From the NCBI GenBank assembly GCA_030040935.1, contig JASHSG010000135.1, forward strand, positions 1 through 53,889: a stretch of 53,889 nt of DNA, in the 5' to 3' direction. The stretch comes from Acidobacteriaceae bacterium (GTDB lineage: Bacteria > Acidobacteriota > Terriglobia > Terriglobales > Acidobacteriaceae). Numbering within the stretch: position 1 is the first letter of the stretch; each line of letters starts with the position of its first letter. Below the pieces are notes generated by a model, which was not told where the DNA came from, made no database searches, and worked only from the letters and a program-made list of their open reading frames with translations. Below, piece by piece: positions 19,801 through 27,207 of the stretch. The position numbers and the translations under genes were made by a program.

Positions 19801-21111
19801 CGGCCGGACGAGCACATTGCGGGCGCGGCGCGATTCCAGGGAACCCGGAACAGTGATGGACGCCGAGATTTGAGCGGGGACGAATGGCGCGCCGGGAAGC
19901 CAGGGCTCAAGCGCGACGGAGCCTTCGATCAGGCCGCCTTGGGGCATGCGGGCGACGATTTCGGTGATGGTGAGCTTTTCCTGATCGGCATCGATGAGGG
20001 CGTCGACGTCGATGCCCTTCGCGTGAATACCCCTCCCAACGTAGGAGCCTCCATCGACATGGACGCGCCCGGTAACTTGAAAGCCGGGCGCCGTGCCCGC
20101 GGCGGCAAGATCGAGATGAGCGATTCCATCGGGCGAGTCGGGGTAGCCTGTCACGGGGTCGAGAAGCCGCATGTCGAGATCGCCATCGACTTTGGCCTTC
20201 CAGTGCGGATGCGCGAAATCATCGAGAACTCCCTCGGCCCGGAGCGTGTGGCCTTCGGCTCCGCGGCTCTGCGCCGTAAGTTGAAAACTCTCTAAGGCGG
20301 CTTGATTGCGCTCAAGGTCGAGGGCGAGCTGAAATCTTCCATGCACGGGCGGGGGCTGCCTGCGCGGCACCTGGCGGTCAAGAACGAGATCACTGGCGGC
20401 GGCATCGACGCGATAGCTCTCGGGCGCGTGAAGCGACGCGGGAACGTAGATCATCTGCAGCGACACGTCGCCGGCCTTGAAGTCGAGCGGGAGATAGCGA
20501 TCCTGATAGTCGAAACCTGCGGCGCGATCGTCGAAATCGATCAGCCCCTGTTCGACGAGGATCTGATTGGCGCGCAGATCGAAGAACGTGTTGACGGCCG
20601 ACTTCGAGCGCGCCAGTGGCCGCAGCGGGTGCGGTTGATTGGTGGAACCGTCGGGGTAGACGATGATGTGCAGCCGGGGCCGGTCAATTTCGAGGCTGCG
20701 CAGAGAAAGATGCGGAGCGAAGAAACCCAGGAGGTTCATCTGGACGCGCAGGCGGCCAATTTGGGCATAAGGAGTTTCGCCGGGATCTTCGGTGCCGTGA
20801 ATGACGATTCCGTTCGCTTCGGCCTCCAAGCCAAGCAAGTGCCAACGAAACGACGCAATCTCGGTGCGGCCGCCGGTGGCGGCTTCTATCTGAGCGATGA
20901 TGCGCTGGCGAACAAGATTCTCGAATGGAGCAGAACTCAGGACGAAATAGGCAGCGACGGCCGCAAGCGCGAGCACAACCGCTGCCGCCGCCAGCGAGAG
21001 CGGGAGGTGGCGAAGGAAGAAACGGCGCAGACGGCCGCGCTTGCCGCGCGCTCGAGGTTCTGGCGGCAGGTTGGAGCGAGGGGAGATCGACATGGGGTCG
21101 CGATCGGTCAT
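16804..21111 (-). CDS. tamB: Translocation/assembly module TamB (AsmA-like superfamily)
   Basis: 1435 aa; N-terminal TM anchor, long beta-taco region, DUF490-like C-terminus (GDVNLRLRGT, YRSDPPMPEADVVALL); next to an Omp85 gene. Confidence 0.9.
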   Translation of the reverse strand: MTDRDPMSISPRSNLPPEPRARGKRGRLRRFFLRHLPLSLAAAAVVLALAAVAAYFVLSSAPFENLVRQRIIAQIEAATGGRTEIASFRWHLLGLEAEANGIVIHGTEDPGETPYAQIGRLRVQMNLLGFFAPHLSLRSLEIDRPRLHIIVYPDGSTNQPHPLRPLARSKSAVNTFFDLRANQILVEQGLIDFDDRAAGFDYQDRYLPLDFKAGDVSLQMIYVPASLHAPESYRVDAAASDLVLDRQVPRRQPPPVHGRFQLALDLERNQAALESFQLTAQSRGAEGHTLRAEGVLDDFAHPHWKAKVDGDLDMRLLDPVTGYPDSPDGIAHLDLAAAGTAPGFQVTGRVHVDGGSYVGRGIHAKGIDVDALIDADQEKLTITEIVARMPQGGLIEGSVALEPWLPGAPFVPAQISASITVPGSLESRRARNVLVRPALISVPVNGKVTANFKGVSLDTILDTVCPPQYRRLGFDARLNGPATATWSNGDARSISVAAALNLSPSRQPPPGEVPSDGVIDATYTERNGGVELRNLELHLPASDFVARGSLGAYPVTSASALTVDFHSHDLSEFDAVLRSLGLNRNGKTGTSALPVALAGEADFHGSWTGSLVKPRIAGALKATRIGIEMPAGGDLNHRRLLDLDSVAVEGSYSPSQISIERAQLIHGKATVFLSGSLDASIGPGSSARPRSPRSSQPVYDAGSVLHARVTADTVSVADIQPFFSRILPVGGEFNAQFTADGPLRAPSASGSLEMDRAAVYGEPVTQLRIQAATTGQALKVTSARAAGAGGVITATGAYDFASRTFAVDAHASAIDIARIAWVGRHNLDLAGRLSVDLTGSGSIDDPRLNAHLTAGSLTLSAQQFGALDLSAHTSGHSLAYAATTQLQGADLHLTGQTALRSGYATEAHVDFSQFNVGALLRMAHVEAFTADSALAGTVSIDGPLSDLNQLRGEAQLRQLVVTVAGVHLQSDGSVHATLADGRVHLDPLHVTGDNTDLRAEASLSLDGSQQLDLAANGSINLKLAETLDPDLTASGVSTFHVQAHGPLRDPGLQGRVDFEGGSLSLEDLPNGLSQLRGSLEFNQNRLEVRSLTAMTGGGQLSLGGYLAYQHGIFADLTVTGKGVHIRYPAGVSSLADLKLQLQGPQSNLLLSGDVLITRFAVSPDLDLASLAVQAGFSVQSVAPPSAPSNHVRLDVHVDSSPQLNFQNAFAKLAGDVNLRLRGTLASPSLLGAVSITEGSALIAGTRYDLERGDITFTNPVRIEPIIDLSATAHVEDYDISLGLHGLPQKLSVTYRSDPPMPEADVVALLALGHTANQQRLYTQQQEQAISNPTTDALLGGALNATVSSRIQKLFGAGSVKVDPNYLGATGNSTSRITVEEQLGRAVTLTYATDVNTTSQQLLQAEIAINRHVSLVVARDESGVFSMVIKATRRYR

Positions 21112-22070
21112 GGGCTCGCACCTGGGACCGCGCCTGGACCCGCAATTGGAGCTGCAACCGGGCTCGATCCCGAGACGGAGTCCTGGGCTGCGTCGGGCTC
21201 GAGCGACGGATCAAGGACTTCAACGTCGCCCTGGCTGCGCAGATTCGTGAGCCATGCGTCAAACAGCACATTCACCTGCCGCTCGAGCAAGATTTCCTGA
21301 ATGCGCGGGGCGACCTGCTGGAGCGGCGGGATGGCCTCGCCGGGCGTGTATTGAGGAAGCAGCGTGTCGCGATAGTAGGTTTCAATCTGCTGGGGAGTGA
21401 TCTCGATGCCCTGGCGGAAGCGCTGCTCGATGAAGCTCAGAATCTCGAGCCGGTAGCGGAGATAGGATTCGACCCGTTCTGGCGTGAGCCCGTGCGCGGC
21501 GAGAAAGCTGCTCCAGCCCGGGGCTGTGGCGCAATTCTGGCGGACGCAGGCTGGGAGCTGCTTGCGAATCTGGTCAAGCCGAGCGTCGAATTCATCCTGC
21601 GAAGGCTCGATGGCTTGCATATCCTCGCTGCGAATCTGCTGCTCAATAAGAGCGCGGCTGATGAGCTGCTCGAGCGCATGCTGCGGCGTGAGCGCGACCT
21701 GACCGACGAGAGCGGGGTCGAGAACCGAGAGGCGAATTTCGTCGTCGATGTCGCTCAAAAGGATGGCATGCTTGTTGACGACGGCGACGACGCGGTCGAG
21801 CACAGCGGGGGCAGGCGGGGGCGGTTGCTGGGCGCGCGTGGCGCACAATCCGGCGGCAAGAAGCGACACGAGAATAAGAATGCGGCGGGCGATTCGACTC
21901 TCAAAAGCAGGTCTATCGGCTTCGCTTACCCCGTATTCGCGTTGCGAATACGAAGCCCCAAAAGCACCCCGCTCGGGATGATACGGCCTGGGGGGTGCGA
22001 ATGCAGGTGCGCTCAGAATGCCATTCATTTGGCCGGCAACCTTGATTCGGATTGGGGCGCGCGGCTGCAT
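21108..22070 (-). CDS. SurA N-terminal-domain-like periplasmic chaperone (start uncertain: 22070 or 22028)
   Basis: VLDRVVAVVNKHAILLSDI, LEQLISRALIEQ and WLTNLRSQGDVEVL motifs; TGATG overlap with the Omp85 stop; ATGA overlap with tamB. Confidence 0.8.
   Translation of the reverse strand: MQPRAPIRIKVAGQMNGILSAPAFAPPRPYHPERGAFGASYSQREYGVSEADRPAFESRIARRILILVSLLAAGLCATRAQQPPPPAPAVLDRVVAVVNKHAILLSDIDDEIRLSVLDPALVGQVALTPQHALEQLISRALIEQQIRSEDMQAIEPSQDEFDARLDQIRKQLPACVRQNCATAPGWSSFLAAHGLTPERVESYLRYRLEILSFIEQRFRQGIEITPQQIETYYRDTLLPQYTPGEAIPPLQQVAPRIQEILLERQVNVLFDAWLTNLRSQGDVEVLDPSLEPDAAQDSVSGSSPVAAPIAGPGAVPGASP
21905..21983 (+). repeat. REP-like element family A within the 5' part of the SurA-like ORF
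   Basis: AAGCAGGTCTATCGGCTTCGCT...CGCTCGGGATGATA with a perfect internal 9-bp stem CGTATTCGC/GCGAATACG. Confidence 0.75.
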
Positions 22071-25000
22071 CAGAAGGCCTGCCCGAGCGAGAAGAAGAAG
22101 TTGATATGGGGAGATTGGCCAACGTACGGGTCCGATTCGTATCCGGGGACACCGCTGGGATTGATGGCGGGGGTCGGGATGGAGTAGTTGATATTCACCG
22201 GATAGATGGGCGGATTCAGGTTATAGCTTACGTCGAAGCGGATGGGCCCGACGGGGGTGTGGTAGCGCAGGCCGAGGCCGAGGGCGTGCGAGAAGTCGTT
22301 GAACTTGCAGAAGCCCTGCTGGCCGGTTGAGGTGTATGGGCCATCAGGCAAGTAGGTGGAAGGTTGGCCGGGGGTAGCCAGTTGACGGCAAGCATCACTA
22401 TCGGGCTGGCGCACGCGCAAAAAGCTGGCCCAGGCATCGCCGGCGTTCGTGAAGACATTGCCCATATCGTGGAAGATGACGAAGCTGACCGTGTTGCCCA
22501 GCCAGGGAAGGGTGGGCGGGGGCAGACGTAACTCGGTGCTGTTGGTAAGCGCGCCCGCACCTCCGATCTGAAAGCCGGTCTCGGGATCGCGGGGGCCGGC
22601 GGCGTTCTGGGAGAATCCGCGGAGAGAAACCGCGCCGCCGGCGTAGAGGCGCTCGGGGAGTGGAATGATGCCGTTGGTACCGCTGCCGAAGGAGCGAATC
22701 TGGCCGTAGCGAGTGTTGCGAGCCACGACGAAGCGGCCTTTGTCAAAGGTGTAATAGCTGGAACTCGAAGTGTCGATGCGGTTGAATTCAGCCTCGGCGC
22801 CAAAGATGCGGTCGGAGAGGAACTCCTGAAAACTCAAGTAGGTGCCACGGCGGGCGTCCATGGGCACATCGCGGGTGTCGCGAATCCATGTGAAGGCCGG
22901 GCCGGCGACGCGGGTTGCCGACGAGAGCAGAGAGAATTCCGCGGGATAGACCTGCAAGCTGCTGGCGGACACTTTGACACGGCGGAAATCCAGCTCGTAG
23001 ATGAAGGTGTTGGCGCGAGAGAGCCAGGATTCGGGGCGATTGAAATTTTCAGTGAAGCGGAAAGCGCCTTCGAGGCGGGAGGCCACGTAGGTTGAGACAT
23101 CGAGGCTGTTGGCGTAGCCGCCGGAAAAGGTGAAGCCGAAATTTGGATTGCCTTCAAGATGGGGAATCTGGTATTGGATGCCGATGCTTTGCTCAAGCAA
23201 ACCATAGCTGCCGCGCAAAGAAGCCGATTGGTCGCGGCCAAAGAGTCCGTTGCGGGTGAGGTCGGCGAGGACGCGGGGACTGACGCCGGTCTTGCCGTTG
23301 GGGTTGCATTTGACGCCTCCGGCGGTAGCACCGGCGCAGTTGTTTTGGGGTTGGCCAGTCTGCGCCTCGAAGCCGATGCCGGGGGTCAGGGTCCAGCGCC
23401 GCGCCTCGACCGCCTGCAGCAAGATCGTCTTGCTGGGCGCGGCGCCATCGGGGTTTTCAACGGCCGCATTGACCTCGTTGAAAAGGGCGAAGTCGTAGAG
23501 ATTGCGCTGGGTATCGGCGATCGCAGTTTGGTTGAGCGGATCGCCGGCGTGGATCGTGATGGCGCGCGCAACGGTTTGCGGACGGGTGAAAACGAGGCCG
23601 GTCAACAGGACGTCGCGGACAAAGATCTGCTCGCCCTCATCGACATGGAAGACGACGTCGACCTTGCCGGAATCGGAGGGATCCGGCTGCTGGGTGATGG
23701 TCACGGCCGCCTGGTCGAAACCGCGGTTGTAATAGGCAGAAAGGATAGCGTCGTGGTCTCCGGCCAGATTGCGCGGGGAGAGCATCTGGCCGGGAGTGGT
23801 GTCCATGAGCGCGGTAAGCGTGGCCGTAGCGATATGGCCGTTGCCTTCGATCGCGAGTGAACCCACGCGCAGCTGCGGGCCTTCCACGATGCGATAGGTC
23901 ACTTCAAGCGGGGCGGACGGCGCGATGTCTCCTTCCGGGGCTTGGATGGGGAGTCTATCGGCCACGACCGTCTCCGGTGTGCTGATTTCAGGAGTGACTT
24001 TCACCTGCGAAAAGCCATTGTTCTGATAGACAGCCTGAAGCGCGCCGACGTCAGAGGATACCAGCGCCTGACTGTAGACGCCATGACGATCGAGAACGCC
24101 GGCGGCGTGAACGCTGAGCAGGTCCACGAGCGTGGCGGAGTCGAAGAAGTGATTGCCTGTGACCGAGACTTTTTCGACGCGGCGACGGGGGCCGAGCTGG
24201 ACAGTAAAGAGGATTTCGACCCGATCTGCGCTTGGCGACTGGAATTGGTGATCGACCTTGGCATCGAAATAGCCGAGGCGCTGGAAATAGTCGCGTAGCC
24301 GGCGGTTGCCTTCGTTCAGCAGGTCCTCGTCGACGCTGCCTTCTTCAAAAATCGGGACGAGATGCTTGGCGCGGTCCGAGTCAATGGCTGCGCCATGCAC
24401 TTCGACCTTGATGACGGGGCCGCGATTGGCGGTGAAGCGATAGTCGACCGATTTGGCGGCGTTGTTGTATTGCGCGGATTCAAGCTTGACGTCGGCTTCA
24501 AGCCGATCCTGGCGCTGATAGGCGCGGAGCACGCCATCGAGGGCGCGATTGGCGGTATCGTGGTCGACGTGAGCGCCGGCGCGCAAGCCGGCGTGGCGGC
24601 GGAACGACTCCAGGCTCATGCCGGAGTCTCCAACGACGGTAACCTTGCCGACACGCGCCCTGACTCCCGAGACCACGCGAAAGGCGACGTCGGCGAGCTG
24701 TTGATCAGGGTGAGGCGTTACAGTCTGCGTGATCGCGGCTTCGAAGAAGCCATTCTGCTGAAGGGTGGCGCGCATCTGATCGACAGCGCGAAGCATTTTT
24801 GCAGGAGTGAGCCGGGTTCCAGCCTGGAGCTGGCTGGCGCGCTGAAGCTCGGTGTTCATGGCTGCACCGACTGCCCCGTCAACGCCGATGGTGCCGATGA
24901 ATGTGCGCGGGGTTCCGACGAAGACGAGTGCCACCCCGCCGGCCTCGGGCGAGCCCTGAACTTCAATGGCGTCATAAAGCCCTGTGGCGTAAAGCTGGCG

Positions 25001-25270
25001 GAGGCTTCTTTTGAGGTTGTCGCCGGTAAGAGGGGCCCCTTCAGCCTGCGCGAGGTGGCCGGGCAGCGGGGCAAGCCGATCGGCAGGAACGCCATCGAAG
25101 GAGATGTGCAACACAGTTAGTCCCTGAAACGCCGGAATCGGTTCCTGGCCCACTGCAGAAACGGCTGCGGTCGGAAGCGAAAATAGAATCGATGCCGCTG
25201 CAAGCGCCACCCGCCGCCGGAGACCGGATGGAGCGTCGCATCTTTCTGCCGGCTTTTCTTCGAAGACCAT
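22070..25270 (-). CDS. Omp85 family (BamA/TamA-like) outer membrane protein with multiple POTRA domains
   Basis: Signal peptide, repeated POTRA signatures, SLRGF lid motif, GLGLRYHTPVGPIRFD, C-terminal SLGQAF. Confidence 0.93.
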   Translation of the reverse strand: MVFEEKPAERCDAPSGLRRRVALAAASILFSLPTAAVSAVGQEPIPAFQGLTVLHISFDGVPADRLAPLPGHLAQAEGAPLTGDNLKRSLRQLYATGLYDAIEVQGSPEAGGVALVFVGTPRTFIGTIGVDGAVGAAMNTELQRASQLQAGTRLTPAKMLRAVDQMRATLQQNGFFEAAITQTVTPHPDQQLADVAFRVVSGVRARVGKVTVVGDSGMSLESFRRHAGLRAGAHVDHDTANRALDGVLRAYQRQDRLEADVKLESAQYNNAAKSVDYRFTANRGPVIKVEVHGAAIDSDRAKHLVPIFEEGSVDEDLLNEGNRRLRDYFQRLGYFDAKVDHQFQSPSADRVEILFTVQLGPRRRVEKVSVTGNHFFDSATLVDLLSVHAAGVLDRHGVYSQALVSSDVGALQAVYQNNGFSQVKVTPEISTPETVVADRLPIQAPEGDIAPSAPLEVTYRIVEGPQLRVGSLAIEGNGHIATATLTALMDTTPGQMLSPRNLAGDHDAILSAYYNRGFDQAAVTITQQPDPSDSGKVDVVFHVDEGEQIFVRDVLLTGLVFTRPQTVARAITIHAGDPLNQTAIADTQRNLYDFALFNEVNAAVENPDGAAPSKTILLQAVEARRWTLTPGIGFEAQTGQPQNNCAGATAGGVKCNPNGKTGVSPRVLADLTRNGLFGRDQSASLRGSYGLLEQSIGIQYQIPHLEGNPNFGFTFSGGYANSLDVSTYVASRLEGAFRFTENFNRPESWLSRANTFIYELDFRRVKVSASSLQVYPAEFSLLSSATRVAGPAFTWIRDTRDVPMDARRGTYLSFQEFLSDRIFGAEAEFNRIDTSSSSYYTFDKGRFVVARNTRYGQIRSFGSGTNGIIPLPERLYAGGAVSLRGFSQNAAGPRDPETGFQIGGAGALTNSTELRLPPPTLPWLGNTVSFVIFHDMGNVFTNAGDAWASFLRVRQPDSDACRQLATPGQPSTYLPDGPYTSTGQQGFCKFNDFSHALGLGLRYHTPVGPIRFDVSYNLNPPIYPVNINYSIPTPAINPSGVPGYESDPYVGQSPHINFFFSLGQAF

Positions 25271-25942
25271 AACCTAAAAAGTGCGATCGAACCCAGCGCC
25301 TGTTATTAACTTTCGCATGCGCAGACCTCGGAGGCGAAAATCGCGCCCGACACCCCATCGACGAAGACCTGTAGATGGGCCTTTGGCTTGCGCCGCAACC
25401 CGCCGGTCTGAGGCGAACTTCTCAGTTCCCTTGTCGCTCGTCGCCATGGTGGAGCGGCTACCGTTCACTGCTCGCTTTGCGAGCCGGAAAGAATTGGCTC
25501 CGAGCGCCGCGGGCGTCAAAGTCAATCACAGGCTCCTGTCATTCGAATGCAAAGCCGGAGCGGTTCAACGCGCGCGCTCGAGTGGACGCAATATCGAGGG
25601 GCGTCGGCTTTCTTAGTGTTTTTATTCGAATCCAGCCAACCCTGGCTGCCTGACTTTATACTAACGAGTAATGAAGCTCGGGCAAAACCAGGGAAAGTGT
25701 GCTCAGTTCAGCTCTCATCCGGGCCGGCCCAGCATCGGCAGAACAACGGGACCCTATCTGTAGGAACCCGAGGTTAAAGTGCCAGTTGCGCCGGCAGCCG
25801 AGGACAAGACTCACGGAGTTCTTAAGCCGCGGCGCAAGAGATGGAAAGCCGGAACGAAGATCCCCAATTTCGACATTGGCCCTGGCGAGCTTTAGTTGTG
25901 GCCCGCAAGGATTCTTTCCGAGGACAACCACGAAGGAAGCGC

Positions 25943-26593
25943 ATGCCCAATTCTTCTTCCCCCACGCAAGCGCCCAGCCGGATGCGGCAGAATTGCGGGC
26001 CGGAGCAGAAACCTGCGGCGCCGGGTTTTGAGGCGGAGATTTTAGCTCGCGCGCAGACGGGCGATCACCAGGCTTTTGCGCAACTCTATTCCGTGCATAA
26101 ACGCCGCATCTACTCGCTGTGCCTGCGCATGGTAGGCAATGTCGCGGAGGCCGAAGACCTGACTCAGGAGGCGTTTCTTCAATTGCATCGCAAGATCGCG
26201 ACCTTTCGCGGAGACTCGGCTTTTTCGACCTGGCTGCACCGTCTCGCCATCAATGTAGTGCTGATGCAATTGCGCAAGAAGGGTCTTTCGCTGATCTCCC
26301 TCGATGAAGCCATGGATCCGGCGCCCGAGGATGGCCCCAGCCGGAGCTTTGGAGCCCCCGACCTGAAGCTAAGCGGAGCGATCGACCGGCTGGCTCTGGA
26401 AAAGGCGGTTGGCGATCTGCCGGCAGGGTACCGGCTTATTTTTATCCTTCACGATGTGGAGGGTTTTGAACATAATGAAATTGCCTCGATGCTCGACTGC
26501 TCGATCGGCAACAGCAAATCGCAATTGCACAAGGCGCGGCTGAAGCTGCGCGATGCCCTGCGCAGCCAGAGCCGGGCCGAGGAGCAAGCATGA
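25943..26593 (+). CDS. ECF RNA polymerase sigma factor
   Basis: AEDLTQEAF and FSTWLHRLA (region 2), IGNSKSQLHKARLKLR (region 4); AAGGA upstream of the ATG at 25943. Confidence 0.94.
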   Translation: MPNSSSPTQAPSRMRQNCGPEQKPAAPGFEAEILARAQTGDHQAFAQLYSVHKRRIYSLCLRMVGNVAEAEDLTQEAFLQLHRKIATFRGDSAFSTWLHRLAINVVLMQLRKKGLSLISLDEAMDPAPEDGPSRSFGAPDLKLSGAIDRLALEKAVGDLPAGYRLIFILHDVEGFEHNEIASMLDCSIGNSKSQLHKARLKLRDALRSQSRAEEQA

Positions 26594-26829
26594 CGGGTGA
26601 TCCGGGCAACTTGAGCTGTGAGGAATTCCAGGCACAACTGGCCGAGCTGGTCGGCTCAGGGGAAGGCCCGGCAGCCCATCCTCATGTCCAGAGCTGCGAA
26701 AGATGCCGCGCCCTGTTGGTCGATCTGGAGACCATTGCCGAGGCTGCACGGCAGCTGTTTCCCAGCGTCGAGCCGCCAGACGAGGTCTGGGAGCAGATCG
26801 AGTCGGCCATCAAGCAGGAAGGAAAATGA
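26590..26829 (+). CDS. Soluble zinc-binding anti-sigma factor (ZAS)
   Basis: N-terminal Cys plus HVQSCERC (HxxxCxxC); ATGA overlap with the sigma gene; no TM segment. Confidence 0.85.
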   Translation: MTGDPGNLSCEEFQAQLAELVGSGEGPAAHPHVQSCERCRALLVDLETIAEAARQLFPSVEPPDEVWEQIESAIKQEGK

Positions 26830-27151
26830 AGGCGGCTTAGAGGCGCCCTGGGTGCGCCGCGGTCCTGGCCCGGAGACTGTCTGTTCGGCTCACTTTCCAG
26901 CTTGTTTCGCCGATAGACCCCACGAACGGCTGGGCACTCCCGGTCCCGGTTGAGGGCAATTGCTGGAAAGGCCAACGCCAAATCTATTGCGGTCTGGAAG
27001 CTTGGGTGCGGGTTTCGGGGAGCTGGCCCGGTGGGCCTTTGATATGAAGGTGATGCGCCTCAGTATGGAGGCAAGGCCCGGGAACCCGGACGCAGGCTGT
27101 CACGTACGAGAGAAGGTATCCGGGCAAAGCGATGCGCCGGAGGCAGAAGTT

Positions 27152-27180
27152 GCAACTTTTAGCGATTTGAGCTATCTAAT
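27152..27180 (+). promoter_or_regulatory. Putative ECF-sigma promoter of lon
   Basis: gCAACTT-N16-TCTAAT, close to the sigmaE-type GAACTT-N16-TCTAA pattern, 27 nt before the ATG. Confidence 0.5.
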
Positions 27181-27207
27181 GAAGGAAAGTTGACACGAGG
27201 ACACTCA

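Noticed and set aside
25274-25525. 83-aa minus-strand ORF upstream of the Omp85 gene
   Set aside because: No motifs, weak start, and composition typical of spurious GC-rich ORFs.
25680-25745. GGGCAAAACC...GAAA as a c-di-GMP-I riboswitch
   Set aside because: Lacks the closing P1 strand, the GACGCAAAGC junction and a recognisable P2.
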